Positions 28,296 to 37,944 of a stretch of DNA of 64,000 nt are shown piece by piece (the stretch's first letter is position 1; each line of letters starts with the position of its first letter). The translations under genes were made by a program, and so were the position numbers. The notes beneath the pieces are model-generated. The model made no database searches and was not told the DNA's origin. It saw nothing but the letters and a program-made list of their open reading frames with translations. Location: IMG/VR virus record IMGVR_UViG_3300029286_000009, positions 1 to 64,000 of that record; one strand, 5' to 3'.

Positions 28296-28967
28296 ATGGA
28301 AGAAGTTTACAATCCTTACACACAACAGCAGACGCCAGCACAACCACAACAACAAGTAGTTTATAATCCGCAACCGAATAGCTATACTGCGGCAGGGCAA
28401 CAGCTTCCGCCACAGCAACAACAGGTGTACGTGCAGCCCCCACAGCCAGTACCGCAGCAGGTTCAACCACCTGTGTATCCGCAGAACGGGCAACTGGGGC
28501 AACAACCACAGCAAGCTAATGTTTACAATCCTTATGCTCAGGGCGGGGGGCAGCAAGCCCCAGTTCAAGCCCCACCAGCTCAGGCCCCGAGGACAGTGTT
28601 TCCGAAGTTGCCTACACAATCGGGGCAACCCATGGGTAACCGGCATCTTGTTGTAATTGATGGGTATCTTAACTCTCCTAAATATACACCTCTTGCTAAT
28701 GGTGCTCGTTTGGGTTTCTTTATTTTATGGGAGAGACAAATATGGGAAAATGGTCAGCCTAAAAGAGATCAGAACGGTATGATTGAGATACGTGATGAGC
28801 GATTCTTGTGTCAGGCATGGGGTGATTTAGCCAATGGTCTTGCTCAACTACCAGAGGGTACCCCGATCACTATCTACGGAATGGTGAACAGGTGGAATGC
28901 GGCACGACAAGGACAGCCCGATAATTGGCTCACTGATATTAGGGTAAATAAGGTTGAACTACTGTAA
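28296..28967 (+). CDS. ssb: Single-stranded DNA-binding protein with a long N-terminal Q/P-rich disordered region
   Basis: C-terminal OB fold (VVIDGYL...P.YT...FLCQAWGDLA...GTPITIYG...TDIRVNKVELL). The first ~110 aa are Q/P-rich. Confidence 0.72.
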   Translation: MEEVYNPYTQQQTPAQPQQQVVYNPQPNSYTAAGQQLPPQQQQVYVQPPQPVPQQVQPPVYPQNGQLGQQPQQANVYNPYAQGGGQQAPVQAPPAQAPRTVFPKLPTQSGQPMGNRHLVVIDGYLNSPKYTPLANGARLGFFILWERQIWENGQPKRDQNGMIEIRDERFLCQAWGDLANGLAQLPEGTPITIYGMVNRWNAARQGQPDNWLTDIRVNKVELL

Positions 28968-28973
28968 GACGAA

Positions 28974-29777
28974 ATGAATCAAGATTATTATCAGACATTA
29001 GGGGTGTCCAAGGGTGCGTCGGACGAAGAGATAAAGAAGGCATACCGCCAATTAGCGATGGAGACACACCCAGATCGAAATCCTGATGACCCCAAAGCAG
29101 AAGAGAGGTTTAAACAGATTGGGGAAGCGTATGAAGTGCTTTCTGACCCACAAAAGAGAGCACAATACGATCACCCCAATACGTTTGGGAGTTTTCCGTT
29201 TAATCATGTTTTCTCGGCGTTCGGGGGCGGATTTAATCCATTTTCCGTGGAACGCCCACCCCCTTCTCCGATCCCCCGTGGAACTATACGAGGGAGGAAT
29301 TTAGAAATAAATATTAAGGTATCTCCTTTTGATCTATTGTTGGAAAAAGAGATATTAATTAACCTACCACGGATGACGCATTGCAAGAGTTGTGGCAGTC
29401 GCGGAGCAGATTTAAAGCACTGTGAAGCATGCGGGGGTTATGGAGTTAAACGTGATGTAAAAGTTGGTGGACACCAGAGAATCGTAAGAGAAACCCCTTG
29501 TAGTGATTGTCAGGCGACTGGGATTATAAAGGAGAATATGTGTAATGATTGTGGTGGGACTGGGCTTGTGACCTCCTCTGAAATGGTTAAGATAAAATTA
29601 CAAGCTGCAGTGGGTAACACGTTAGTTCTACCTGACATGGGGCATTTTGGTCCGTATGGGGGTCCCCCTGGACAGTTAATAACTTATATTGATATTATAT
29701 TTCCAGAATCTATCCCAGATGAAGCAAAAAAGAAAATAGAGGAGGCAGTCAATTTAATTAATCAACAAGGAAATTGA
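28974..29777 (+). CDS. dnaJ: DnaJ-like co-chaperone
   Basis: J-domain DYYQTLGV...HPDRNP...AYEVLSD, G/F region, four CxxC(x)G-type zinc motifs; shortened C-terminus. Confidence 0.92.
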   Translation: MNQDYYQTLGVSKGASDEEIKKAYRQLAMETHPDRNPDDPKAEERFKQIGEAYEVLSDPQKRAQYDHPNTFGSFPFNHVFSAFGGGFNPFSVERPPPSPIPRGTIRGRNLEINIKVSPFDLLLEKEILINLPRMTHCKSCGSRGADLKHCEACGGYGVKRDVKVGGHQRIVRETPCSDCQATGIIKENMCNDCGGTGLVTSSEMVKIKLQAAVGNTLVLPDMGHFGPYGGPPGQLITYIDIIFPESIPDEAKKKIEEAVNLINQQGN

Positions 29778-29778
29778 T

Positions 29779-30342
29779 ATGCGTATAGTAGCAATTGATG
29801 GGGCATTGAACCATAGTGGGTGGGTAGTATTGGATGTTGATGCTGAGAAACTAGAAAGTATTAAATCAGTAAAAAATGGGAAAATAGTGCCAAAGACAAA
29901 TATGTCTTTGGCTTCTAAACTTTTGTATATTAGACAAGAGCTCATAAAACTGTTTAGGACTTACGAGCCAGATATGATTGTGTTTGAGGACACATATGCA
30001 GGTAAAAATCCCAAGACAACTTCTCGGCTAAATAATGCAAAGGGTGTCATCCTTATGACTGCTTATGAGTGGCTGAACAAGGAACCCGCATGTGTTAAAG
30101 CGATAGAGGCGCGTGCTTGTCTGGGTTTCAAAAACGGTAAAGAGCCCAAGAGGGAACCTTGGGAGTATTTTAGGGCTAAATATAAATTAAAAATGGGTTT
30201 TAAGGCAGGGAATGATATTACAGATGCTTACACGTTAGGGTGGTGGTACGTAAAGTCAACAGGAGAAGGTTGTGTGGAACGAAAAAAGCAAAGTTTACGA
30301 CTAAAGAAGGTGGCTACCCGTGATAACAAAAGATATGGATAA
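29779..30342 (+). CDS. ruvC: RuvC-like Holliday junction resolvase
   Basis: MRIVAIDG...SGW, PDMIVFED, L..AKGVI, NDITDA. Confidence 0.82.
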   Translation: MRIVAIDGALNHSGWVVLDVDAEKLESIKSVKNGKIVPKTNMSLASKLLYIRQELIKLFRTYEPDMIVFEDTYAGKNPKTTSRLNNAKGVILMTAYEWLNKEPACVKAIEARACLGFKNGKEPKREPWEYFRAKYKLKMGFKAGNDITDAYTLGWWYVKSTGEGCVERKKQSLRLKKVATRDNKRYG

Positions 30343-30580
30343 TAAAATAACAACATTTACCAAGCCCCGCCGGATCGAAAAGACCGGTAGAACTATTTAT
30401 ATACAACAGCTGGATGGGAATAAGCTATCTGGTCGTTTAGTTGGGCATCGTTCTAATATATTTATAGTTGAGGATTCTAAAGACGGTATATTAAAAGAAA
30501 TACATAGAGCTACAATTGTAAGATTTATGTTGGTTATAGATGGTGGTAAATCGAAGATAAAAGGAGGGGAGGATGAGTGA
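30320..30580 (+). CDS. Sm/LSm/Hfq-like small protein
   Basis: TIYIQQLDGNKLSGRLVG resembles Sm1; KEIHRATI resembles the Hfq Sm2 motif YKHAI. Confidence 0.55.
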   Translation: MITKDMDNKITTFTKPRRIEKTGRTIYIQQLDGNKLSGRLVGHRSNIFIVEDSKDGILKEIHRATIVRFMLVIDGGKSKIKGGEDE

Positions 30581-31943
30581 TGATTTAACTTTAGACCAGC
30601 ATATTGTTGCATTAGAAGCAGCTGGTTATGTTATTAAGAATCCTGAGGAACCCAGGAAGAAAATAAGGCTTATATACTATGGAGACTCTCCTAGTGTAGC
30701 GACTGGTTTTGGTAAAGTTGCAAGTAATATTCTTCCCCGTTTATGGGAAACAGGTGACTATGAAATTATGTGTTTTGGTGTGAATTACTGGGGTGTTCCT
30801 CATCCTTATCCCTTCCAAATCTATCCGATGTTACCTAATCACCAAGGCGACCCTTATGGGCGAGAGAAGGTGATGCAAGTCATACCCAATATTGATTTTG
30901 ATATTGCTTTTTTCCTCCAAGACTCTTTTATCATGACCTTTATACCCCAGCTAATCGAGGAATGCAAAAAAAAGGGCAAAAATTTCAGAACCCTTTCTTA
31001 TTTTCCTATAGACGGGACCCCATGGCCTGAGTGGATTGAAGCGATGTCTGCAACGGACATCTCCGTTACATATACGGAGTGGGGTAGGAAAGAGTGTGTA
31101 AAAGCTTATCCACCTATTGGTGATAAGCTACAGGTAATACCACACGGCATTAGCTTGAAGGAGTTTTACCCAAAATCTCCTGAAGAGAGATTACAAATAA
31201 GGAAGATGCTCTTCGGGCAGTATGCAGATAAGTTTATAGTAATCAATGTGAATAGGAATCAGCAACGTAAAGATTTGCCCAGGTCAGTAATGGCGTTTAG
31301 AGAATTCAAAAAAGATTGCCCAGATAGCGTAATGTATTTTCATTGTGCAGAACAAGATGTGGGATGGAATATGCCCAGGATAGTACAACATTTAGGACTG
31401 AAGCCTGGAGAAGATGTGTTATTTCCACGGGACTTTAATGTCAATCAGGGGTTTCCTGTAGCGTGGATGAACGATTTATATAACGCCGCAGATGTGAATA
31501 TCAGTACAACCCTTGGCGGCGGGTGGGAACTTTCTAGCGTAGAAGCCCTAAGTTGCCGAATTCCTTGCATTTTTCCCAATAACTCGGCCCTGACTGAGAT
31601 TTTTGCGGATGGGCGTGGGTTCTTATGTAGGAGTGGAGATACCCCAAATATGCGCGGAGCCTTTCCCATGGATAACGACATCATACGACCTTTTACTAAT
31701 ATAGAAGACATGGTTAAATATCTTAAGCGACTTTATGAGGACAAAAAATCAGGCGGGCGGATTGCTAAGCAGATGACCGATAAAGCTTATAAATGGGTAG
31801 TGGAGAACTTACAGTGGGAGAAGCACATCGTACCAAGATTTGATGCAATGTTTAGGGCACTCTATGCTGACTTGCAGACTCCGCAGGAGAACAAGTTGAT
31901 ACAGGAAGTCGGGAAGGGCTGGAGAAAGGGAGAGGTTATCTAA
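30573..31943 (+). CDS. Glycosyltransferase, GT4-like (GT-B)
   Basis: GDSPSVATGFG, IPHG, NVNRNQQRKD, LYNAADV..STTLGGGWELSSVEALSC..P. Confidence 0.85.
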   Translation: MSDDLTLDQHIVALEAAGYVIKNPEEPRKKIRLIYYGDSPSVATGFGKVASNILPRLWETGDYEIMCFGVNYWGVPHPYPFQIYPMLPNHQGDPYGREKVMQVIPNIDFDIAFFLQDSFIMTFIPQLIEECKKKGKNFRTLSYFPIDGTPWPEWIEAMSATDISVTYTEWGRKECVKAYPPIGDKLQVIPHGISLKEFYPKSPEERLQIRKMLFGQYADKFIVINVNRNQQRKDLPRSVMAFREFKKDCPDSVMYFHCAEQDVGWNMPRIVQHLGLKPGEDVLFPRDFNVNQGFPVAWMNDLYNAADVNISTTLGGGWELSSVEALSCRIPCIFPNNSALTEIFADGRGFLCRSGDTPNMRGAFPMDNDIIRPFTNIEDMVKYLKRLYEDKKSGGRIAKQMTDKAYKWVVENLQWEKHIVPRFDAMFRALYADLQTPQENKLIQEVGKGWRKGEVI

Positions 31944-31944
31944 A

Positions 31945-33921
31945 GTGTCAAGGAAGTATACTCTAGAGGATATTAGAAGAATATTATCAGAAAAGGGATA
32001 TGAACTACTTTCTGATACTTATACTTCAGCTATGTCCCCGATTTCTATACAATGTTCGTGTGGGCACATTATTAAAATATCCCTGTCCAATTGGAAGAAG
32101 AGGGGTTGTACACGTTGTAATCAACTAGAGATTGAAAAACTTAAGCAAGAGGAGATTCAACGAGCAACTTTAGACTTAGTAAGCCACGGGTTCGATGTGG
32201 TTGTTTGTCCAGACCAAATATCTTTACCATTTACATTGCGGTGTCAACAAGGACATCAATTTTCAAAGAAGTATTGGTATGTAGTCAATGATACCTATAA
32301 ATGTATGGAGTGTGAGAAAGAAAAGAGATGGGACGAATCCAAGATCAGGTGCGTAATAGAACAAGAAGGCTATACTATAGAGTCTATTAGGGTTAGAGGT
32401 GTAAATACTTCTATTTCGGTAGTGTGTCCAGAGGGACATCATTTTACCATTAAGTTCAAATCCTGGTTGGAAGGAAAACGTTGTAGACGGTGTAAGGGTG
32501 TCCTAGTTAATTTAACAATAGGCGAGGTAAGAAAGTATATAGAGTCCGAAGGCTACCGACTGCTTTCTAACAATTTTAATGGTATACAGTCAATGCTTGA
32601 GGTCGAATGTCCAGAGGGGCATCGTTATAAAGTTAGTTGGTCAAACTGGTGGCATAACAAAAGGCGATGCAGAAAATGCTTTGGTACAGTTAAACCAGAA
32701 ATTGAATACATTAGTAAGACCTTGGAGAAGGAAGGGTATAAACTACTGTCTACAGAATATGTAAACGCCAAATCTAACTTAGAGATGATATGTCCTGATG
32801 GACACATATTTACACAGCAATGGAATACGTGGAGGAATGGTTCTCGTTGTCCTACGTGCTTCGGAACACCAAAAATTGATTTTGGTTGGTTAAAAGATAG
32901 GTTTATGGAAAAGGGTATTACAGTGATGTCCTCGCACTATGAAGTGAGCCAGTCTAAACTTGATGTTGTATGTGAGAAGGGGCATAAATTCAAATATTCA
33001 TGGGCAGACTTTAGACGTAATGGGGCTTGCCCATTTTGTAATTTTGGTTCCTCAAAAATGGAGAGAGATATTAAAGAGTATGTTGAGTCCTTGGGATTTG
33101 AAGCCGAGGCCAACAACCGGCGTGTAATTCACCCACTTGAAATTGATGTATTTATTCCAGAAATTATGGTGGGCATTGAGACATGCGGTCTTTATTGGCA
33201 TTCACAGCTGGCTGGAGAAAAAGATTACAAATATCATTTCAATAAGTTGGAAAAATGTGAGGCGGTGGGAATAAGGTTAATTACAATATTTGAGGACGAA
33301 TACTGTAATAACAAACCTTTGGTGTATAAAAGAATTGCACATATTTTAAATAAAAATTATGGCGAAAAAATATATGCCCGAAAATGCCTAGTTTCTCGTA
33401 TAGATGCAGATACGGCTAATAAGTTTGTGGAAGAGAATCACTTACAGGGTGTGGGACAAGCCAATATCCATTTAGGGGCGTTCTACAACGGAACCTTGGT
33501 TGCTGTCATGACCTTCTCCAGCAATCTTACTGTCAGGAATATACAAAATCGTCCAGGACTGTGGGAGCTAAACAGATTTTGTGGAAGCCAGGATAAGGTG
33601 GTTGTAGGAATAGCTTCAAAGATGCTAGCATACTTTGAACGGTGCTATGTTTGGAACACCATTTTATCATTTGCTGATCGTAGGTGGTCTGAAGGTCGTG
33701 TCTACAGTAGTTTAGGGTTTGAACTTCTGAAAAAAACTAAACCTGATTACTGGTATTTAATAAAATATCGTAAAAGATTACATCGTTCTAATTTGCAAAA
33801 GGATGAGAATGACGACCCTTCTCTAAGTGAATGGGAAAATAGGCAGTTACAAGGGTATGATAGGATTTGGGATTGCGGTAGTATAAAGTTCGTAAAATAT
33901 AATACCAAAGAGGTAATATAA
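31945..33921 (+). CDS. Putative homing endonuclease: six CxxGH...CxxC zinc-ribbon repeats, PD-(D/E)XK nuclease and C-terminal GNAT-like domain
   Basis: Repeats CSCGH, CQQGH, CPEGH (twice), CPDGH, CEKGH; LEIDVFIPE...GIE.CGLYWHS; IYARKC...NHLQG...WELNRFC...SFADRRWSEG...RIWDCG. Confidence 0.72.
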   Translation: MSRKYTLEDIRRILSEKGYELLSDTYTSAMSPISIQCSCGHIIKISLSNWKKRGCTRCNQLEIEKLKQEEIQRATLDLVSHGFDVVVCPDQISLPFTLRCQQGHQFSKKYWYVVNDTYKCMECEKEKRWDESKIRCVIEQEGYTIESIRVRGVNTSISVVCPEGHHFTIKFKSWLEGKRCRRCKGVLVNLTIGEVRKYIESEGYRLLSNNFNGIQSMLEVECPEGHRYKVSWSNWWHNKRRCRKCFGTVKPEIEYISKTLEKEGYKLLSTEYVNAKSNLEMICPDGHIFTQQWNTWRNGSRCPTCFGTPKIDFGWLKDRFMEKGITVMSSHYEVSQSKLDVVCEKGHKFKYSWADFRRNGACPFCNFGSSKMERDIKEYVESLGFEAEANNRRVIHPLEIDVFIPEIMVGIETCGLYWHSQLAGEKDYKYHFNKLEKCEAVGIRLITIFEDEYCNNKPLVYKRIAHILNKNYGEKIYARKCLVSRIDADTANKFVEENHLQGVGQANIHLGAFYNGTLVAVMTFSSNLTVRNIQNRPGLWELNRFCGSQDKVVVGIASKMLAYFERCYVWNTILSFADRRWSEGRVYSSLGFELLKKTKPDYWYLIKYRKRLHRSNLQKDENDDPSLSEWENRQLQGYDRIWDCGSIKFVKYNTKEVI

Positions 33922-35060
33922 TGCCGATAGAAATAAAGATAAAGGGTATAAAAATAACAGGAAATCCCTTCGATGCAAGTGGTTACGGCAGGGGCACACT
34001 TAACTGGATTAAATGCTTGCATAAATTAGGTGTTCCTATGTGGCTCAATCCTGTTACTTTTGAAAAGAGTCGCCCTGAACTTAAAGATGACTTTGAACTA
34101 TTAGATGCACTAGCTCGCTCACCTCGTCCTTACGACATTAACTTTGTGCGGTTGAGCCCAGAGGTAGGCGTCAAAGCCTTTGAAGATGGTAAGATAAACA
34201 TCCTTAGTACAGCTTGGGAAACTAGCAAGTTAGACCCCCTTTGGGTTGAATGTTGTAACCGCTTCAATGCTGTATTCGTAGAAACTGAATGGTCTAAGGG
34301 GGTATTTGTAGACTCGGGTGTTACTGTACCAGTGTTGGTAGTTCCGAATTGTATAGATGTTAATTACTATAAACCTAAAAGTGAGGTTAATACTGGACAG
34401 TATACATTCTATTCTATTCAGCAATGGATAGAACGTAAAAACGGTATAGGGCTACTCAAGGCTTATTTTAATGCGTTCTCCCCTGACGATAATGTTTTGT
34501 TGATTTTGAAAACATACATAACTAGAATGGATGATCTACAAAATCAACAAGGTATAATAAAGGGACATATCGATAATTTAAAGAAGTCTTTGAATCTGAA
34601 ACAGGGGTATCCACCGGTTTATTTAGTTACTGATAATCTAAGTGATACAGAACTAAAGGAAATGCATGAGCAATGTGATTGTTATGTGCTCCTAGACCGT
34701 GGAGAAAGTCTAGGGTTACCTTTTATGGAGGCAGCTGCAGCGGGTAACCCAGTTATAGCAACGGATTGGGGCGGTTCTAGGCAGTTTCTGCATTCAGGTA
34801 ACTCTTATTGCGTGCCGTATCAACTTACTTTCGTTGAGAATATGATGTGGAATCCATTCTATAACGGAACGCAATGCTGGGCAGACCCAAACTTACCTGA
34901 AGCGGCTAAAATAATGCGACATGTGTATGATAATAGAAATGACGCGTTTAGTATGGGTATGCGGGCACGAGAAGATATGCGTTCTAAGTTTAACGAAGAA
35001 ATAATTGCAAAGGCTTTATTGGGGGCCATTGCCGAGGTAGTTTCTGGGGTCAAAATATGA
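33921..35060 (+). CDS. Glycosyltransferase, GT4-like (GT-B)
   Basis: SGYG, AWETS, VVPN, ERKN...LLKAY, CDCYV...RGESLGLPFMEAAAAG.PVIAT.WGG. Confidence 0.87.
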   Translation: MPIEIKIKGIKITGNPFDASGYGRGTLNWIKCLHKLGVPMWLNPVTFEKSRPELKDDFELLDALARSPRPYDINFVRLSPEVGVKAFEDGKINILSTAWETSKLDPLWVECCNRFNAVFVETEWSKGVFVDSGVTVPVLVVPNCIDVNYYKPKSEVNTGQYTFYSIQQWIERKNGIGLLKAYFNAFSPDDNVLLILKTYITRMDDLQNQQGIIKGHIDNLKKSLNLKQGYPPVYLVTDNLSDTELKEMHEQCDCYVLLDRGESLGLPFMEAAAAGNPVIATDWGGSRQFLHSGNSYCVPYQLTFVENMMWNPFYNGTQCWADPNLPEAAKIMRHVYDNRNDAFSMGMRAREDMRSKFNEEIIAKALLGAIAEVVSGVKI

Positions 35061-35932
35061 TTTCTGTTATAGTTAGTATCATGGACCGCACTCATCTACT
35101 CAAGCATAGCATGGAAGCGGTGTTAGAAAACAGGAGAGCAACCCCTTGCAATGATATACTAGAAGTGAATGTATGTGATAGCGGTTCCACCGATGGACTA
35201 GAAGATTATTTAGAGGAGCTAAGCAACAAGGAATACATTGGTAGAGTAAACAAATGGTATTTGGATGAAACAAAGAGTCCTTATAAAAAGCGGTTTAATT
35301 GCCCTGCTTTGATTTACAACTGTATGGTTAATGCTTCCTCGGGTGAGTACATATTAAAAATTGACCCTGAGTTTACGTTCATAACTGATACGTTTATGGA
35401 CAAAGCTTTATTTATTTTGCGGGATGAGAACAGACCAGCAATAGTTATGCCCTTACCACATCACGTATATGATTTTGAATTTAGTAGTGTGCAGGATATA
35501 AGAGATAAATATAAAGGATATGAATACGCAACACACATCACACGAGAAACTGCTCCACGTTGCAATGTCTACTACGGGTGTATTTTCAGACGCGTCGACT
35601 ACATAAATTTAGGTGGAATAGATGTTCGCTTCTTAAATTCAGTCGGGAGTGAAGATGACCATATGATGGATAGGTGGCGGGCTGTGTATGGGGAGAATAA
35701 TGTAGTAACGTTATTAGAGGAAGAAGGAGTTCACTTGTGGCACGGTGAGTGGGGTAAGGGTGTTCCAGCCCATTTATATACTTGGGTGGATGTAGGTGTA
35801 AATCTACGAAATTCCCTTAAGCATATAAATCCCAATGATGGGAAGTTTAATTCTATAAAGTGGCCTGAATTGGTATTGGACTCGTGGCGTCAAGGCAAAC
35901 AAATCATTTCAAAAAGGGTGGTACAAGATTGA
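35057..35932 (+). CDS. Glycosyltransferase, GT2-like (GT-A)
   Basis: MISVIVS, VCDSGSTDG, YILKIDPE, LGGID.RF...GSEDD, HLWH. Confidence 0.82.
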   Translation: MISVIVSIMDRTHLLKHSMEAVLENRRATPCNDILEVNVCDSGSTDGLEDYLEELSNKEYIGRVNKWYLDETKSPYKKRFNCPALIYNCMVNASSGEYILKIDPEFTFITDTFMDKALFILRDENRPAIVMPLPHHVYDFEFSSVQDIRDKYKGYEYATHITRETAPRCNVYYGCIFRRVDYINLGGIDVRFLNSVGSEDDHMMDRWRAVYGENNVVTLLEEEGVHLWHGEWGKGVPAHLYTWVDVGVNLRNSLKHINPNDGKFNSIKWPELVLDSWRQGKQIISKRVVQD

Positions 35933-36873
35933 GAATACTAATGCATACCCCCAACTATGTCGACAGCTCGGCGTGCTCAATCGTTGACGGCTTGCTGTCG
36001 TTAGGACACGTTGTTTATAATACTCGTGGACAATTAAACTATGGGGAGGCTTATGATGGTCGGTCTCTCTATGATTTGTATCTCATGGCAGATACAGACG
36101 ATGTAATAATGGCACGTGAACTCTCCGGTAAAAAACGCCCCCGTGTAGTTATACACGCACACGATAGATGGACTGATTATTTGTATGCACCAGATAGTCC
36201 GATAAAGCCTGTCCCGAATATTGAATGTGACCTCATGTTTGTAAGGGATTTAGATGAAACAGTGTGGGGAAAGCGTTCATATCCTGTAATCTCATTAGAT
36301 TATGCCATTGAAAGACGCTACATGGAAGCTTGTGATAAATTTCGTGACCTACCACGAGAGAATAAAATGGTTTTTTATGGCACTCTTACTACCGCTCGTC
36401 GCAATTTTTACTTAGATAAAGTACGTAATGCAGGACTAAGTGTTCAGTATGGTAAGTATAAGTTTAATCAGCCAGATGATAAATGGTCACAATGGATACA
36501 CGGGCGGTATACACATGACGAGAATTACTATAAGGCTCTGTGCCAATCTATGTTCGCCTTTGCCCCGCTTGGTGCGGGGTCGAGCTGTTTTCGCCACATG
36601 GAAGCTTATGCGGCGGGGTGCATTCCTGTTATTCAGCAGTACCCAGAGGATATTGTAGGATTGTGGAAATTTGAGGACGAATTTAATTGCATTATGTGGA
36701 AGAACGAGTATGAACTTATTAGTAAGTTGGTGCATTATATGAACCACCCCGAAGAAGCAGAACAGTTAAGACAACAATGCTTTGATTACGGGCAAGAACA
36801 TTTATTATCCAAACATCTTGCTGAATATATGCTGGAGAATATCGAGGAGGTTAAGTTTTGGAATTATCGATAG
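35884..36873 (+). CDS. Glycosyltransferase-like (CgeB/exostosin-like GT-B C-terminal domain)
   Basis: Y..ALCQSMFAFAPLGAG..CFRHMEAYAAGCIP. Start is probably the TTG at 35929. Confidence 0.72.
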   Translation: MASRQTNHFKKGGTRLRILMHTPNYVDSSACSIVDGLLSLGHVVYNTRGQLNYGEAYDGRSLYDLYLMADTDDVIMARELSGKKRPRVVIHAHDRWTDYLYAPDSPIKPVPNIECDLMFVRDLDETVWGKRSYPVISLDYAIERRYMEACDKFRDLPRENKMVFYGTLTTARRNFYLDKVRNAGLSVQYGKYKFNQPDDKWSQWIHGRYTHDENYYKALCQSMFAFAPLGAGSSCFRHMEAYAAGCIPVIQQYPEDIVGLWKFEDEFNCIMWKNEYELISKLVHYMNHPEEAEQLRQQCFDYGQEHLLSKHLAEYMLENIEEVKFWNYR

Positions 36874-37661
36874 TTGTTTGTGGCTCGAATGACAATTATG
36901 GTGGAGAGATATATCGAGAAGTAGAAACTACTCCTACTTCCCCGTTTAAGGAACGTTGCCGAAGGTGTCTTTTTACAATTGACTACGCTTTTTCCTCTAT
37001 TGATTATGAAGTAATATTTGTGGTATGGAATGAAGATCCCACTAGAGAGTCTTTACTGGAATGGGATTTTCTAAGGCATCCCCGTGTGAGGGTAGTTGTT
37101 GTGCCACCTGAACTTGCTAAAAGTGTAGAATCAGATAGGCAATTCCATGAAACATGGGCTAAGAATGTGGGCATCCGGCGGGCGAAGTCGGATGTTATTC
37201 TATGTACAAACCCTGACGTTCTATGGCTGCACCCCTTTGACAGGAAAGCACTAAGTAGTTCTTCGGCAACAATAGCACACAGATGGACAGTTAACATAGG
37301 TATCTTAGATGTGGGTCTGGATATTAAAGCAATGCAGTTATATGTAAATAACCCTGCAGTAAGGCGTAATCCGGATTGGAATTCTAATGGTGATTTCACT
37401 ATGATGCCTAAGGAACTATGGTATAAGTTAGAGGGATTATCTACCCCTAAACAAGAATCAATAGCAGGCGTTGACATGTGGCAGATAGAGCGGGCGAAGC
37501 AGTTGATGGGAAACTACTTTGGGTATAAACACAGTATATGGCATGTTGAACACCCAGGAAAACCGCTTCAGAGCGGGTATGGTCAAACAATTATACATCC
37601 TAAGTGGGGCTTTCCGGATGTTAAACTAGAAGAATGGTGCGATGGAGTAAGTAATGGCTAA
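36858..37661 (+). CDS. Glycosyltransferase, GT-A-like
   Basis: LSIVVCGSNDNYGG, YEVIFV.WN, AKNVGIRRAKSD.ILCTNPD, GDFTMM, WHVEH. Confidence 0.72.
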   Translation: MELSIVVCGSNDNYGGEIYREVETTPTSPFKERCRRCLFTIDYAFSSIDYEVIFVVWNEDPTRESLLEWDFLRHPRVRVVVVPPELAKSVESDRQFHETWAKNVGIRRAKSDVILCTNPDVLWLHPFDRKALSSSSATIAHRWTVNIGILDVGLDIKAMQLYVNNPAVRRNPDWNSNGDFTMMPKELWYKLEGLSTPKQESIAGVDMWQIERAKQLMGNYFGYKHSIWHVEHPGKPLQSGYGQTIIHPKWGFPDVKLEEWCDGVSNG

Positions 37662-37944
37662 AATAGCACTAGTATTTGAAAGAATTTATGTAGATAAACT
37701 AGGAGATATATTTACACCGCATGAATTAACAATGTTATCAGGGTATTTAGAAGCTGTAAAAAAGATTGGGGATGACTATTGGTACATTATGAAAGAACCC
37801 AATAGCATTACCAATATGTTTCTTTTTATTAACGAAATGCCTAGTAGTGCTAGAGAAAATATACGAAAGATGCACATTATTAGGTATACTGACCACGCAA
37901 CTATGGCATTGAACTCGGGCGAGGTAATTACAGGAGGTTGTTGA
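37654..37944 (+). CDS. Hypothetical protein
   Basis: 96-aa ORF overlapping both neighbours. Confidence 0.55.
   Translation: MAKIALVFERIYVDKLGDIFTPHELTMLSGYLEAVKKIGDDYWYIMKEPNSITNMFLFINEMPSSARENIRKMHIIRYTDHATMALNSGEVITGGC

Noticed and set aside
28320-28590. CAA/CAG-rich DNA as a microsatellite or phase-variable tract
   Set aside because: Mixed synonymous codons encode Gln/Pro; the repetition is at protein level and is not a pure tandem repeat.
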